Positions 36,499 to 49,185 are shown, numbered from the whole stretch's first letter. The stretch: 63,492 bases of DNA, filler included, from Sphacelaria rigidula (GCA_964200075.2; 8 parts of 8 records of this genome joined end to end with filler, not necessarily neighbours in it), one strand, 5' to 3'. The notes: a model not told the origin generated them from the sequence alone. Translations and numbers: made by a program.

Positions 36499-36938
36499 CA
36501 CGGGATCTTACAAATTGGGGATGGATCTTTTTTTGGGGATGAGAAACCCGGAGAATTCAAATCTTCGTATCCACACCAAATCTTCGAAACATGGTTTCAT
36601 TTCTTCACCTACTGATGGCTATTGACAACTGCTACACGCCATAGAAATTTGGATTTCGATAACCGAAACGTTGGGGTCCGAGGTCAACAACCAATTTTTG
36701 GGAATTCCGGCTGTCCGAACGGACGCCAAAATGGTTCCGTAAATGGTTTTTGACCTAGGACCCCAACATTTCCGTGGTCGAAATCCAACTCTCTACGGCA
36801 TGTAGCAGTTGTCAATAGCTATCAGTAAGTGAAGAAATGGAACCATATTTTGAAGATTTGATGTGGATACGAAGATTTCAATTCTCCGGGTTTCTCATCC
36901 CCAATAAAAGATCCATCCCCAATTTGTAAGATCCCGGG
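36499..36938. mobile_element. Foldback MITE with ~195-bp inverted arms
   Basis: CGGGATCTTACAAATTGGGGATGGATCTTT is mirrored by AAAGATCCATCCCCAATTTGTAAGATCCCG. Flanks can be read as TTAA/TTTA (piggyBac-like) or TATT/TATT. Confidence 0.88.
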
Positions 36939-37401
36939 TTTATTTCATGTTCTCCAGGTGAGTATTTAAACACGATCGGTTTTACTGCACGCGCACAGGT
37001 ATCAGTGCTTCTCAAAAGTCTTGCCTTCCGCCAAGTTTTGCCTTTGATCGATAGGGGGGACGTATTGCTCTTCAATATGTTCATCTTCGTTTTCGAGTTG
37101 TGTTTCTTTGTGTTGTTTCGAACGTGTGTGTCGCACGTTGATTGATGTTACTGTTGGCGGGATTTTCTTGAGTTGCAGACCCACTTGCCCCTTCTTATGC
37201 TGTAGTAGGCGATGCGCCTCCTGGGGGTGTACTCATGATCTTGCCTGTTAGTGATAAGACTATTGACCTCGCATCCCTACAAATCCGTCACGGAGCACGC
37301 CGGGTTTTCGCCGGACCAGGCGTTTGGGGGTGAATGAAAGGAGTTGAGAGTCTTCCACGAGCACCCGTGCTTGGTAATTAAGTTTCCCTGTTGTATGCTG
37401 T

Positions 37402-37727
37402 GCCCCGGTGGTGTAATGATCCGACTGTTGCTATTAGGGTTGAGAAAACGAGGGTTCGATTCCCGATGCGTTGGTTTTTTACTTCGTAATGTCTGATTTT
37501 CACCGTGGAAGGCGTGAAAACGCGAGTGAACATAGTCGACTAAGTTTGTTTGACGTGAGTTGACGCGGGACGGGAGTGCTGATGGTCATGATCCAATCCG
37601 CGAGACCAAAATGCAAGGCGTGTGCCGGGGGAGAGATGTGTTGATCCGGTGAGACCACGGACTCATCCCGAGGAGGGGAAGTGGTTCAAAGTGCGACGCA
37701 TAAAATAAAAAATAATAATATAAAAAA
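37402..37727 (+). mobile_element. tRNA-derived SINE-like element
   Basis: A-box-like TGGTGTAATGA (37409), B box GGTTCGATTCC (37453), an unrelated body and an A-rich tail at 37700-37727. No intact cloverleaf. Confidence 0.6.
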
Positions 37728-38689
37728 TGTGTAAGAGACCGTATGTGTTGCATTTAGGGGTGGGTGGAAAGAGTGGTGGGCCCTGTACATACACCTGTGT
37801 GTGATGATTACCTCCATTCTTTAGGAGATGGTGCGGGTTGTACGTCTATCTGGCGACCACGGCTGGGTTCGTCGGGGAGTAATTGATGTGCGACAAACAA
37901 TAAATCATCTGTACCAAAAAGAGGCATCTTGAGGCACGACAGCAGCTTTTTTCGCAGTCCAGCTCTGGGCAGTGAGGTTATGTTGAAGCGCTCTCCACAT
38001 TTATCTTGTGTGTTGCGTGACCAGGCCAATGGTGTCTGCAAAAGGCTGGCTCGTGAGCTGATCGATCCTGCTGGATAGTCTCTCAACATTGTTGCGGCCT
38101 TGTGTTCCCCCGTTGGCTTCAGGCGGGTTGGGGCTGGCTTCGGGTCGGGTTATGAATCCGATGCATTAAAACAGGAGATCCTGAAAAAACAGGAACGAAT
38201 TCTTTCTACGGCAACGAAAAAAAGAGATGAGGCTCGCAATAGTTCGAAATGGTACATCCCCTACGACGAGTAAATATGCCCAACAGCCCGAGAGGTTCAA
38301 AACAACCGATGTGGCTCTTGCAACTTACCGACAACTTATTTCGGAAATAAATTTCAAGAACTGCCATCAACCTCATCAACAGTTTTCCACCGACCACAAA
38401 CGAAAAAACGCACGTGAAACATATCTAAGTGATCCGAAAGGAGCTGTTGGGTTCTGAAATTTCATTAATAGTATATTATGTTGATTTTTTCGGCCAGCGG
38501 CAAAAACAAGTCCAGGCCTGAACATCGAGCGCAGTACAGTAGTAGCCCAGAGACAAACGGTCCGCAGTTCATTTTCAATAGCATCACAGCATCTGGGCTC
38601 GCTTCTTCAACCTTTTGGGGACCTCCAGTCTCCTCGGTGCCGTATAGGGGTACCATGTCGCACAATTTCGACCCCCATTTTTTTGTTGT

Positions 38690-39125
38690 CGTTCCCACCT
38701 TTCGGGATCCCCTTACTATACTTGTCACGACTATAGATATCTCACCGGTTTCTGCAATGTGGGGAAATGAGGTTTGAATCCTCCACAGATACGTGTGAGT
38801 ATGGTAAAATTTCACTCATCTCCAATCACGTGGAGGGGAGGAGTCCCCTCTGCAGCAAGCAGTGAAGTTCCGGCGTGAACTCATATTTGTTTCATGAATA
38901 TATTTGATGCTGCTTGTTCCCACTTTTCGAGGTACCCTTTTCATATTAGTCGCAAGTAGAGATATCTCACCGGTGTTGCCACTACTACTGTGGGAAAAGG
39001 AACGTTGAATCCTCCGCAGATATTGATGAGTGTGGTAAATCGTCATATGTACCCGTTACATGGAGGGGAGGCATCCGCTGTACAGCAAGCAGTGAAGTTC
39101 CGCCGAGAAGCACTCATATATTTGT
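38690..39125. repeat. Imperfect tandem duplication, period ~225 bp
   Basis: GTTCCCAC...AGATATCTCACCGGT...TGGAGGGGAGG...CAGCAAGCAGTGAAGTTCCG occurs twice. Confidence 0.75.
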
Positions 39126-41753
39126 TCGATGTTTGCTCCTACTGATGATATACTTTCATGCAATTTAACTACAACAAGCTCAGCAGCTTCAGTGTATAAC
39201 CAATCCTTTCGTCAGATTGAGAATCCAGCGTTTGATTGGGATTGAGCTTTTGATAGGAAGACGCTGCTATTATGTGAGCCAATAATGGACGACACACTGG
39301 CGTCTGGATGTCGCGTGTAATGGTGCCGATTCAGCAGATCAACTACCGTAGCGGTCACGGGGTGATAAGAATGACGTTGCGGAACACATTAGGTCAAAGA
39401 GTCGTTAGCTGCACCAGGACTAATGGGGAACGATACGCGTTTTACTGAGATACCACTAATAACCGTCGGCATGAGAATGTTAACCATCGAAGTATTCCTC
39501 TCGTTCATGCGCCGCTCGATGCATGCGAGTGTAGGACATTAACGCATCGCGATTTCTAATAATCGTATGCTCGTGTTCATTTGCTTTCGGATTATATATT
39601 AACAGCCGATCATCTATGTTGAGGATGGTGCTTTTGATTGAGGATGNNNNNNNNNNNNNNNNNNNNNNNNNNNNNNNNNNNNNNNNNNNNTTAATTAATT
39701 AANNNNNNNNNNNNNNNNNNNNNNNNNNNNNNNNNNNNNNNNNNNNGGAATAAAACAAATGACTCACTTCAAGCGAATGATCAAAGCCATTCTCAATCGT
39801 ATCATCTACTCTCAATCTCACGAAAACACTGTTAGTAGCGCAGTGCAGAATAAAATATTACCATCGCATCAGAGTACGGCGTTAACACTTCTTATCCGCT
39901 TGGCGAACCCCGTGCAAAGCGCCGTGCAAAGCGCAGCTCTGCGAGCATAGACAGTTAAGTAGGGCAAAGTTGCAAATACAGACTGGACTCGCGAACACAG
40001 GAAATACTATGCGACAAAAAGTACAACGATACGAGTACACATACTCTGCACCCTAAAAACCTCGCATTTGGCAGCGATGTTATCGGCTATGTTTGTGGTT
40101 CTACACCATCTAACGGGAGGACTCACCTTGATATATGTTGGCACCGATTTCCTGGCCGGTTCGTGGTTGCTCTCTACTCTATCCCTATGCAAAGCTTCAC
40201 GAGTAAATGAACCAGGAAGTCGATTATGGGTCGTGGTTGCTCTCTTCTCTATCCCTACGCAAAGCTTCACGGGTCAAAGAACCGGGAAGTTGATTACGTA
40301 CTTCAACACCCCCTCTACCTCAGCCACGGACGGCGTCGGCACGCGAAAGTGAGGACAACGAATAAAGCAGCAATGAAGCTGAACATTGTTGAGGGTGTTG
40401 AAAATGATCCGGAAAGCCGGTCGTTGCGTGTGATGCCTCCAACCTCCAAAAGTACCTCGATCGAAGTCGCGACAGTTAAGTCTGATAAGTTCAATCAAGA
40501 CTCGCTCTGGTCAAAAGAAGTTGAATTGGGAATGATTCGAGTGCGCCCAGAGACAGAGACAAAACACAACGCCATGAGCACCAATGAAGCTGAAACTTGT
40601 TGAGGGCATCTCGATTGATGTTAGAAGAGTAAAGGGATAGGTCTTTCGCGCAACGCGGCTTCGAATCAAATCGGGAGGGAAAGTGCGTGGTTCGGAGCTC
40701 TATAATGAGGCCCGGACAGATAGGACAGGACACTTTTTGAACTTCGGTTCAGTAGAAGCCTTTTCAGCCCTAAGGTCCTCAAAGGAAATTTCTACTTGTT
40801 TGCCTTGAGAAGCGGCCTCAGAGGGTATGAAAACAACGATCAGCTAAATACCAGAGGTAGCGGTTCGCCAATTATCGAATGTTGTTGAGATCTGCTTGAG
40901 CTCAGTTAGTGGTGTCGAACAAAGTTGACTCCAAGGACAAGTCACCAACTACCCGGTCTCCTACACGAGCTTGACAACCACCACTATTCACTTTGGGGGC
41001 AACATGTCTCGGTGTCAGTACGAGTTGAGCCAGCCTAAAAACGAATTTATACTCTCAAGGCGATATCTCAACGACACAGACGAGTTGGGCCATGATCCGC
41101 ATATCGTCTCATCAGGGGGAAGGTGCTCATCTGCTCAAAACTCTGGGCCAATTTTTTGTCCTTGATTTAACTCCATGTCTAGTAATTCCTATACCGTACG
41201 GAAATAGTGTCCACACTAAACTCTATATGGAACCCCGAACGATCTATTGAGCGGATAATGGCGATTGTTGTCGAGGACCTTCCCTGGAACATGAGATGAT
41301 CCCCTCACCTGCCTCTGATTCGTAATCGATCTCGACATATGGCGCACAAACGATTCCGTACTAAACTCAATAATTTACGAGCAGAGGCACTAGATGCCCT
41401 AAATCTGGATATCGCGTCTCAGTTGTTGAGAGTCGTGCGGTGGAATTTAGTATGGAGAACCGCTAGTGTATAATACAGCTTATTCACACAGCTTTTAAGT
41501 TATTTTTACGTTTTTTCGTGTTTTTAGGAGTGTTTTGAGAAGAAATGAACATTACTCTTGGGCCTTATCTCAATTTTGAGAGTTGTGATTTGAAACTTGG
41601 CATGGAGAACGACAGAGGTATCCTCAATAAAAAAAGCAAATGGGCCTTAATTTGTTCTTCTCGGGGGGGAGAGGTTCGGGCGTTTTCGTGAAAAAATGGT
41701 CGTCACCATACTAAAACGCCCTAAATCAGCAAAACAAATGAATCAAAACCAAC

Positions 41754-42001
41754 GACACTTTCTACTATAGCCACCCCAAAAGAAGTGCATGGTTTTGGGA
41801 GGCAAAACTTTCACGTAAATCGAAATGGGAAAAGCCGGGCACAACGAGAACCAGGGAATTCCTACGCTTGGGCTCGTTCCAGCTAATGTCGTCAATATAA
41901 GGCGCTTCATGCAGCCTGAACCCCAACATCAGGCGCTGTATGGCCATTATTTTCGTGACACTTTTAGCTGGTTCTGGGGTGGGGCTATCGTAGAAAATGT
42001 C
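41754..42001. mobile_element. Complete MITE family A copy, 4-bp TSD CAAC
   Basis: TIR GACACTTTCTACTATAGCC / GGCTATCGTAGAAAATGTC; CAAC at 41750-41753 and 42002-42005. Confidence 0.88.
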
Positions 42002-42136
42002 CAACCTGATCCATTTTTCTTGGTTCATCACGACCTGGCGAGGCCCCCGCACGAAGTTTCGAAACATAAACACCAAACGTGGGCCGATAAACGGCCTGCA
42101 AAATGTTGTTCCGAATTTCCGCCGGCCCAGTTTTCA

Positions 42137-42419
42137 CAAGCCGAATTCGCAATTTTTTCTTAGAGTTGGCCAGTGAATTTTCTCATGGACCAATAACAGG
42201 GCATGAAGAAAAGCTGTCTGTGGGGTCCCGAAGGTTTCTGCTATGTTTTTCATGAGATACGGGCAGTAATCAGTCTTGGGGTTTTTGTAAAATGCCCCAA
42301 ACTCACCGAGAGAAAGAAAAACTTCGCGACCCCACAGACAGCTTTTCTTCATGCCCTGTTGATTGTCCATACCAAATTTCACTGCCCAACTCCAAGAAAA
42401 AAAAATGCGAATTCGCCTG
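42137..42419. mobile_element. Inverted-repeat element (MITE-like, ~100-bp arms)
   Basis: CGAATTCGCA...AACAGGGCATGAAGAAAAGCTGTCTGTGGGGTC is mirrored by GACCCCACAGACAGCTTTTCTTCATGCCCTGTT...TGCGAATTCG. Confidence 0.8.
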
Positions 42420-43278
42420 CAAACTACGAATCCGCGTCTAGGCTGAGCCAGCCTGTACAGTATCGGAAATCACTGTCATGTCGACTTCAGTGTTGCCTGC
42501 ACATCAACTCTCTAGTGTTGCTGATATCTACTTGGGCTTGGTGATATCGAAAAGAGTTCACGCATGGGAGGAGTCATGACTACCCCCATTTCAGCGTTGA
42601 CTACTTTTCAAACTCCAGGGCGCCCGGAAGGCCTAGCTTCTGCCAAGTGGGAGGTGCGGAGGGGTACTAGGGTGTCCAAAGTCCTGGTCTACACGGGAAT
42701 CGGTACACGGAACACCAACCCAAGCTACCTACCCTATCTCACATGTAATCGTCATGTCCTATACGCGACAGTCGCGCCGCAACGCGGTATTTGGCTGGTC
42801 AATGTCGGCTCTATCGAGTAGTCGAAACGTTCGATGCCCCCCGCTCGTCGTACATTGTCAACGCGCACTTGTGCCGCTACACACACCCCCGATCCCCATC
42901 ATGTGAATCGCGACGGAGGCGACAGTCGTGCAAGCAGCGCAATGACCACCACTGTGCCATCCCTGCAAGATGAGTTGCCCAGAACGATGAAGGTACCAGC
43001 AAAAACATCACATATGAGCTTGGAGGAACGGCACACAAAGCGAGAAGCACCAACAAACTACAGAAATGATCAAAATACCCCAGAGCGCCGTGATACACAC
43101 GAATGATTCAGCGGAGTCCTACCCCCGATCGATTACTAAACAAAGTACCGTCCAGTCCGGAACAACATAACTTGTATTTATCGTTGTGATACGAACCCGC
43201 ACACAGCACGGGAAAATGTCGAAACGGCACCATCGATGTCAGCTGCGAAATCGCGCGTGAAAAGATCGCCACATCAAG

Positions 43279-45894
43279 CTATTTCTTTCGCCGGTCGGAT
43301 ACCGTCCCATTACCATAACTAGAGGGGGCGGACACTCCCAACTCGAACTTGACGTCGCCATCCTCTCCAGACACGAACCCATCTCCCACTGTCGTATCGG
43401 ATGGCGATTCCATCGGGCCCACTCTACGCAGCCGCTTGGCACTCTTCCTTGTACTGGCGTTGCTTCTACCGCTGCTCCTGTCTATGACGTCGCTGAGTTT
43501 GCCGTTGGCCATGGTGCCATGCACAATAGATCGCGTAGTGCCCAGTCCGTTGCTCGCTGCTACCCCTTCACAACGACGGGTTGGAGAGAGGGTCATCTCC
43601 ATCTTCACCTTCATGCGCGACGCTGCCCCATCAAGACAAACACCATCAACTGACGAATCGCCGGCTTGCTGTCCCCAGGGAGCAGGCGGCGTGGTCGTGG
43701 AATTAAGGTTAACTCGCCTAGAACGATTGGCACACGAGCTACGAAGAGTACCGAGGTGATGACCATCGCGGCTTGCGTTGCGGCCGGCACCGTACGGATG
43801 GTTGAGGTTGCTACCATCCTCCATGCCCCGCCTTTTGCCGTTTACCGTGACCATGCCCGCCCGAGCGTGCGCGGTGAAGAACTCAGCCTCCTTGTCACCG
43901 GCCACACCGAATGACGACTGTGTGGTGCAGCTCTCTTCGCCGCACGTCTTGCCTTTTACATGGACCATGCCCGCCCGAGCGTGCGTGGCGCAAAACTCTG
44001 CCTTTTTGCTACCGGCTACACCGAATGACGGTGATGTCGAGCAGCCCTCTTCTCTGCACGTCTTGCCTGTTACATAGACCATGCCGGTCCGAGCGTGTGT
44101 GGCGCAATACTCCGCCTTCCTGCTACCGGCCATGCCAAATGATGGCAGTTTGGAGCAGCCCTCTTCGCCGCATGTTTTGCTTCCTACATTGACCATCCCC
44201 GCCCGAGCGTGCGTGGCGCAATACTCCGCCTTCCTGCTACCGCGTGTGCCGAATGACAGCTGCGTGGAGCAGCCCTCTTCGTCGCAGGTCATGCTTCCTA
44301 CGTTGACCATCCCCGCCGGAGCGTGTGTGGCGCAGTACTTCGCTTTCCTGCCACGGGCTACACCGAATGACGGCTGTGCGGAGCAGCCCTCTTCGTCGCA
44401 CGTCATGCATCTTACGTTGACCATCCCCGCCCGAGCGTGTGTGGCGCAGTACTTCGCTTTCCTGCCACGGGTTACACCGAACGACGCCCCAGTGGAGCAA
44501 CCTTCTTCCTCACAGATCTTCTTTCTCACATCGACCATGCTGGCCCGAGCGTGTGTGCCGCAGAACTCCGGCTTCCTGCTCCCGGCTACACCGAATGACC
44601 TTCGTGTCGAGCAACCCTTTTCGCCGCACGTCTTGCTTCTTACATCGACCATACCGGCTCGAGCGTGCGTAGCGCAGAACTCTGCCTTCCTGCTACCGGC
44701 TGCGCCGAATGACCGCCATGTGGAGCAGCCCTCTTCGCCGCATGTGTTGCCTTTTACATGGACCATCCCCGCCCGAGCGTGTACGGCGCAATACTCCGCC
44801 TTCCTGCTACCGGCTGCGCCGAATGACGGCTGTGTGGAGCAGCCCTCGTCGACGTACCTCTTGCTTTTTACGTTGACCATGCCCGCCCGAGCGTGTGTGG
44901 CGCAAAACACCGGCTTCCTGCTACTGGATACGCCGAATGACGGCTGTGTGGAGCAGCTCTCTTCGACGCAGGTTTTACTCGCTACATTGACCATTCCCGC
45001 CCAAGCGTGTGTAGCGCAAAACTCCGCCTTCCTGCTACCGGCTACACCGAATGACGGCCATTTGGAGCAGCCTTCTTCCTCACAGATCTTGCTTCTTACA
45101 TCGACCATGCCGGCCCGAGCGTGTGTGGCGCAAAACACCGGCTTCCTGCTACCGGCTACACCGAATGACCGTCGTGTCGAGCAACCCTCTTCGACGCACG
45201 CCTTGCCTATTCCGTTGACCATCCCCGCCGGAGCGTGTGTGGCGCAGTACTTCGCTTTCCTGCCACGGGCTACACCGAATGACGCCCCAGTGAAGCAGCC
45301 TTCTTTCTCACAGATCTTGCTTCTCACATCGACCATGCTGGCCCGAGCGTGTGTGCCGCAGAACTCCACCTTCCTGCTACCGGCTACACCGAATGACGGC
45401 TGTATGGTGCACCCCTCTTCGCCGCACGTCTTGCTTCTTAGGTTGACCATCCCCGCCGGAGCATGTGCAGCGCAAAACTCCGCCTTCCTGCTACCGGCTA
45501 CACCGAATGACCGCCATGTGGAGCAGCCCTCGTCGCCGCACGTCTTGATTCTTATGTTGACCGTGCCGGCCCGAGCGTGCGTAGCGCAATACTCCGCCTT
45601 CCTGCTACCGGATACGCCGAATGACGGCTGTGTGGAGCAGCTCTCTTCGACGCAGGTCTTACTTGCTACATTGACCATCCCCGCCCGAGCGTGCGTAGCG
45701 CAATACTCCGCCTTCCTGCTACCGGATACGCCGAATGACGGCTATTTGGAGCAGCCCTCTTCGCCACACGTCCTGCTTCTTATATCGACCATGCCGGCCC
45801 GAGCGTGTGTAGCGCTGAACGCCGCTTTTCTTCTGTCCACTATGCCATGTGATGCCCTCTCGGGGCCGTCCATGTGGGCACATGGAACAGGCAT
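43279..45894 (-). CDS. EsV-1-7 domain (Cys/His repeat) protein: intronless, 17 x 38-aa repeats plus a low-complexity tail; in-frame TAG at 45742-45744 (possible pseudogene or null allele; the 799-aa ORF 43279-45678 remains open)
   Basis: 114-bp tandem unit encoding MVxVxxKxCxEEGCxxxxSFGxxGSRKAExCATHARAG (C-X4-C-X16-C-X2-H), typical of EsV-1-7 repeats. Likely ATG at 45894 (MPVPCAH...). Confidence 0.88.
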
Positions 45895-47784
45895 CCCCCT
45901 CACGGCTGTATTAACAGCACTATGTAGGGCGCAGGAGTCCCGCCGGTACTCACATGCACAACTCTACACACCCCAGCACGAGAACCAGCCTGACAAATCC
46001 AGCAGCAACCTGCATCAATCGACCACAAAATGTAACTTTGAGTCGTGTATGAAGGGGACGTATATGAACCATGATTCAAGCCAAACGGCGGCGAATAGAT
46101 ATGTGAACTGGGGTATTGGGACAACTCAATGTAGGGTTCAACAGGCGAGACAAAAATCGGCACCGTTTTGGTCAAAAGGCGAGAGCTGATAGAGCTGATA
46201 CCGTTACAAAGCTACGGTAGGGCTAATAGACATGGGACGAAGTGCCTGACGCAGAAGGTCTACAACTATCGTGCTCGGATCGTACAGCTTAGATCGTCTA
46301 TGTCATTTCCGTGCCCACAGGACTGGTTCAACAAACGACACGCGACCGACCACTGTGCTGTGTGCGTCTAACCTCAAACGTGATACACGTGAGTAACGTC
46401 AGTTCCACGTGCATAATACCTCTCAGTCATGAACGCTGGACATCGTAATTCCATACGACTTGAGTGAAGTTCAAAAGGCGGGCAGCATACGCGGTTTATC
46501 CCGTGCTTGGCGTGCTGCCATGCGCTTCTGGAAGATACTGTACTACCGTGCACTTTTTCCTGTGCCAAAAACCCTTTTGTTTACTTCTTCTTGGCGAGCC
46601 TTCTCGCTCATTCACGTGGAGTACATCCACTTTCTGACCACGGCCGGATTCATCGCGAATCCCGTTCGCGTGTGACGATTAACTTATGTGATAATCTGGG
46701 GTAAGTGTGTACTGCGGGCGATGACGGTACGGATTGTTAGCTACTGCACGAATACCGCGTCACTCGAACCGCACAGTGCATGGTGACAGAAAACAATAAT
46801 TACTCGCCTCCCTACCCTTGGAGTATCAAACGAATTATATAGTAAACAATGTCTGCGTGAGATCGGGGGTAGAGGATACGATTGAGAATGAAAAGCGATC
46901 AATTAGTGAATGAACCGTTTCAGTTCCGAAGTGCTCCTCCACGAGGCCCGATATTCGTCCTGTAGTAGCTTGCCACTGAGGCTCTTGATATCCCTGAGTG
47001 GGATATCGACGTGTAGCTGTAAGCACACGGCAGTGATGGGGGCAAAGAAAAGCACGCATGGAATTACAAATTGGCCACTCTCAACCCGCGCTCTACTCTC
47101 AATCTCACGACAAGGTTGTGAGTAGTTGAAATTGAGTGTGGATGCTAGAATCCGGGTTCAACGTAGCTGATTGGAGAGCTCTCTTTCATTTCTTCCCCTG
47201 ATGGTACAGTATCATAATGCTGATTCTCCACGTCGGGATCGTCCCACACCAGGGTGGTGCGCCCAAATGAGCCCGACCTCTCGAACCTGTGGTCACAGAC
47301 GTAAGCTCGCCTTCCTTTTCACCGTCACTACCATACCATCTTTGCATGACATGGAATCGCTCATTTAGCGTCGTATTCTGCGACTCCGAAAACCAACCAA
47401 TATGTACATGTATCATTTCACTTTTTCTCCACTTTTGCCGAGTTTTCTCAGGCGGCAGGGCATCTCATCACGCGCTTTCTTTTGCAGTGCACGAAAAAGG
47501 CGCAGCGGTACATTACCTTTCAGGTTCGGGTGTCATCTGATACCTGCGGCGCGTGTTCTGGCCATCGAAACTCGCCCGCACTGGCTCTTTTTCCCNNNNN
47601 NNNNNNNNNNNNNNNNNNNNNNNNNNNNNNNNNNNNNNNTTAATTAATTAANNNNNNNNNNNNNNNNNNNNNNNNNNNNNNNNNNNNNNNNNNNNCGTCC
47701 CGGCATTGTAGGGATGCGAGGTCAATGGTGTTATGACTATGGCATGCATGATCATGAGTACACCCCCCCATCGTAGGATGACTC

Positions 47785-48465
47785 CGGGCTGACAACGTAC
47801 TGTTTCTTCCTGTACGTCCAAAAGGCCTATGACACGGTTTGGAGAAATGGGCTTTGAAAAAAGTTGTGGGAAACTGGGATCAGAGGAAAGATGTCGAGGA
47901 TGGTGAAGATGACAGAATGTGCGAAAAGTGCTATGATGCTGGACGGAAAAATAGCGAAACATTTTTATATTTCACCAGGAGGTGCACAAGGATATACGTT
48001 AGTACCCACTTTATTCAAGGTATTTATTCATGATCCGATAATAGCAATGGAAGCAGCAAAGCAAAGAGTCAAGGTGGGTGAAGATATGATATCAGGCTTG
48101 ATATTCGCAGATGATTTCGTGGGGATATCAGAAATACCAGGAGGATGGCAGAAACATGTAGACAAGGCGCTAGAATACACTAGGAGATGGAGAGTTACAG
48201 CGAACATGAACTAATGTACGGTACTTGTGTGTAACGAAGATAAGAAGAACCCGGTAGAGGTCGAATGGAATTGGGGAGAAGAGGAGCTGCCGATCATAGA
48301 CCAGTGCACATACCTTGGCGTAGTAGATTTCAAAGAACTGTTTTTGAGATGTACACATGAATGAGGTAATAGAAAAGGGTGATGCACAGATATGCAGGAT
48401 GGACGTGATTCTTAGAGACTCGCACCTAGATGATCGGGTTGAGAAATGTATTCTTATGAACGTGG
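47785..48465 (+). mobile_element. LINE reverse transcriptase fragment (degenerate)
   Basis: FFLYVQKAYDTVWRNGL, GAQGYTLVPTLF, LIFADDFVG and YLGV motifs, with stops. Confidence 0.88.
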
Positions 48466-49185
48466 GGAGGGGTGATGAACATTTATTCTTCATGGTACTG
48501 TACAACTTCCTACCCCGCCTATTTAGTTTTGCTCTCGTCTGTTGGCCTTCTGTCCATAGTAGGCAATGAGCTGAAGTTCCTACGTCCTCCTCTGCGCATA
48601 CATGTTTTTTCATTTACTTATTACTTCCATGATCCAACACTACATAGTAAAGAGCGGAGCATGCTCTCTCGTCTTTGCATTTTCTAGTGAATGTCCATTC
48701 CGCCTCTGGCTTCTGTGCCATGTCGTTCAGGGTCTCCATCTCGTCATTTTCAAGGAACTCGAGCATTTCTGTTACAAGTAGACGGTATAGTGTTGGGGTT
48801 CTCGGCATTAGGCATCGCAACTGGCTTACAGGAAGGCGATATGTCTCGTGGTCTCGACAAGCATCCAGTAGAGTCATTTTATGCGCATGCAAATACGTGA
48901 TGAACGATTTATACCATGTTGATTATGCGGGAACATGCGTCAAGTACACCATCTACTGTACACTGAATTCCTTTTGTTATACTTTCGTGACAACCATATT
49001 TCAAATGCTGACGTACCGACTATGTTTCCGGGATCCGTACTGTATTGTCTCACCGTGTTCAGCAACCAACCCGCAAAAGCATAGCAAGAGGGAATACGTC
49101 CAACGCAGTACAGTTCACATGGAACAGCAAGAACCTTGATCACAGCTCCAGAAGCGATTCAGTTTCTCTGTTGTGGTGGTGGTTT

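Noticed and set aside
37402-37475. Functional tRNA gene
   Set aside because: A and B boxes are present but there is no convincing acceptor or anticodon stem; treated as a SINE head.
43279-45894. Endogenous phaeovirus insertion suggested by the EsV-1-7 name
   Set aside because: No other viral genes are recognisable in the contig, the flanks are MITEs and non-coding DNA, and the family is known to be expanded as host genes.
44081-46189. 702-aa plus-strand ORF antisense to the EsV-1-7 gene
   Set aside because: Shadow frame: a stop-free 114-bp unit repeated in tandem stays open on the opposite strand, and the recognisable motif is on the minus strand.
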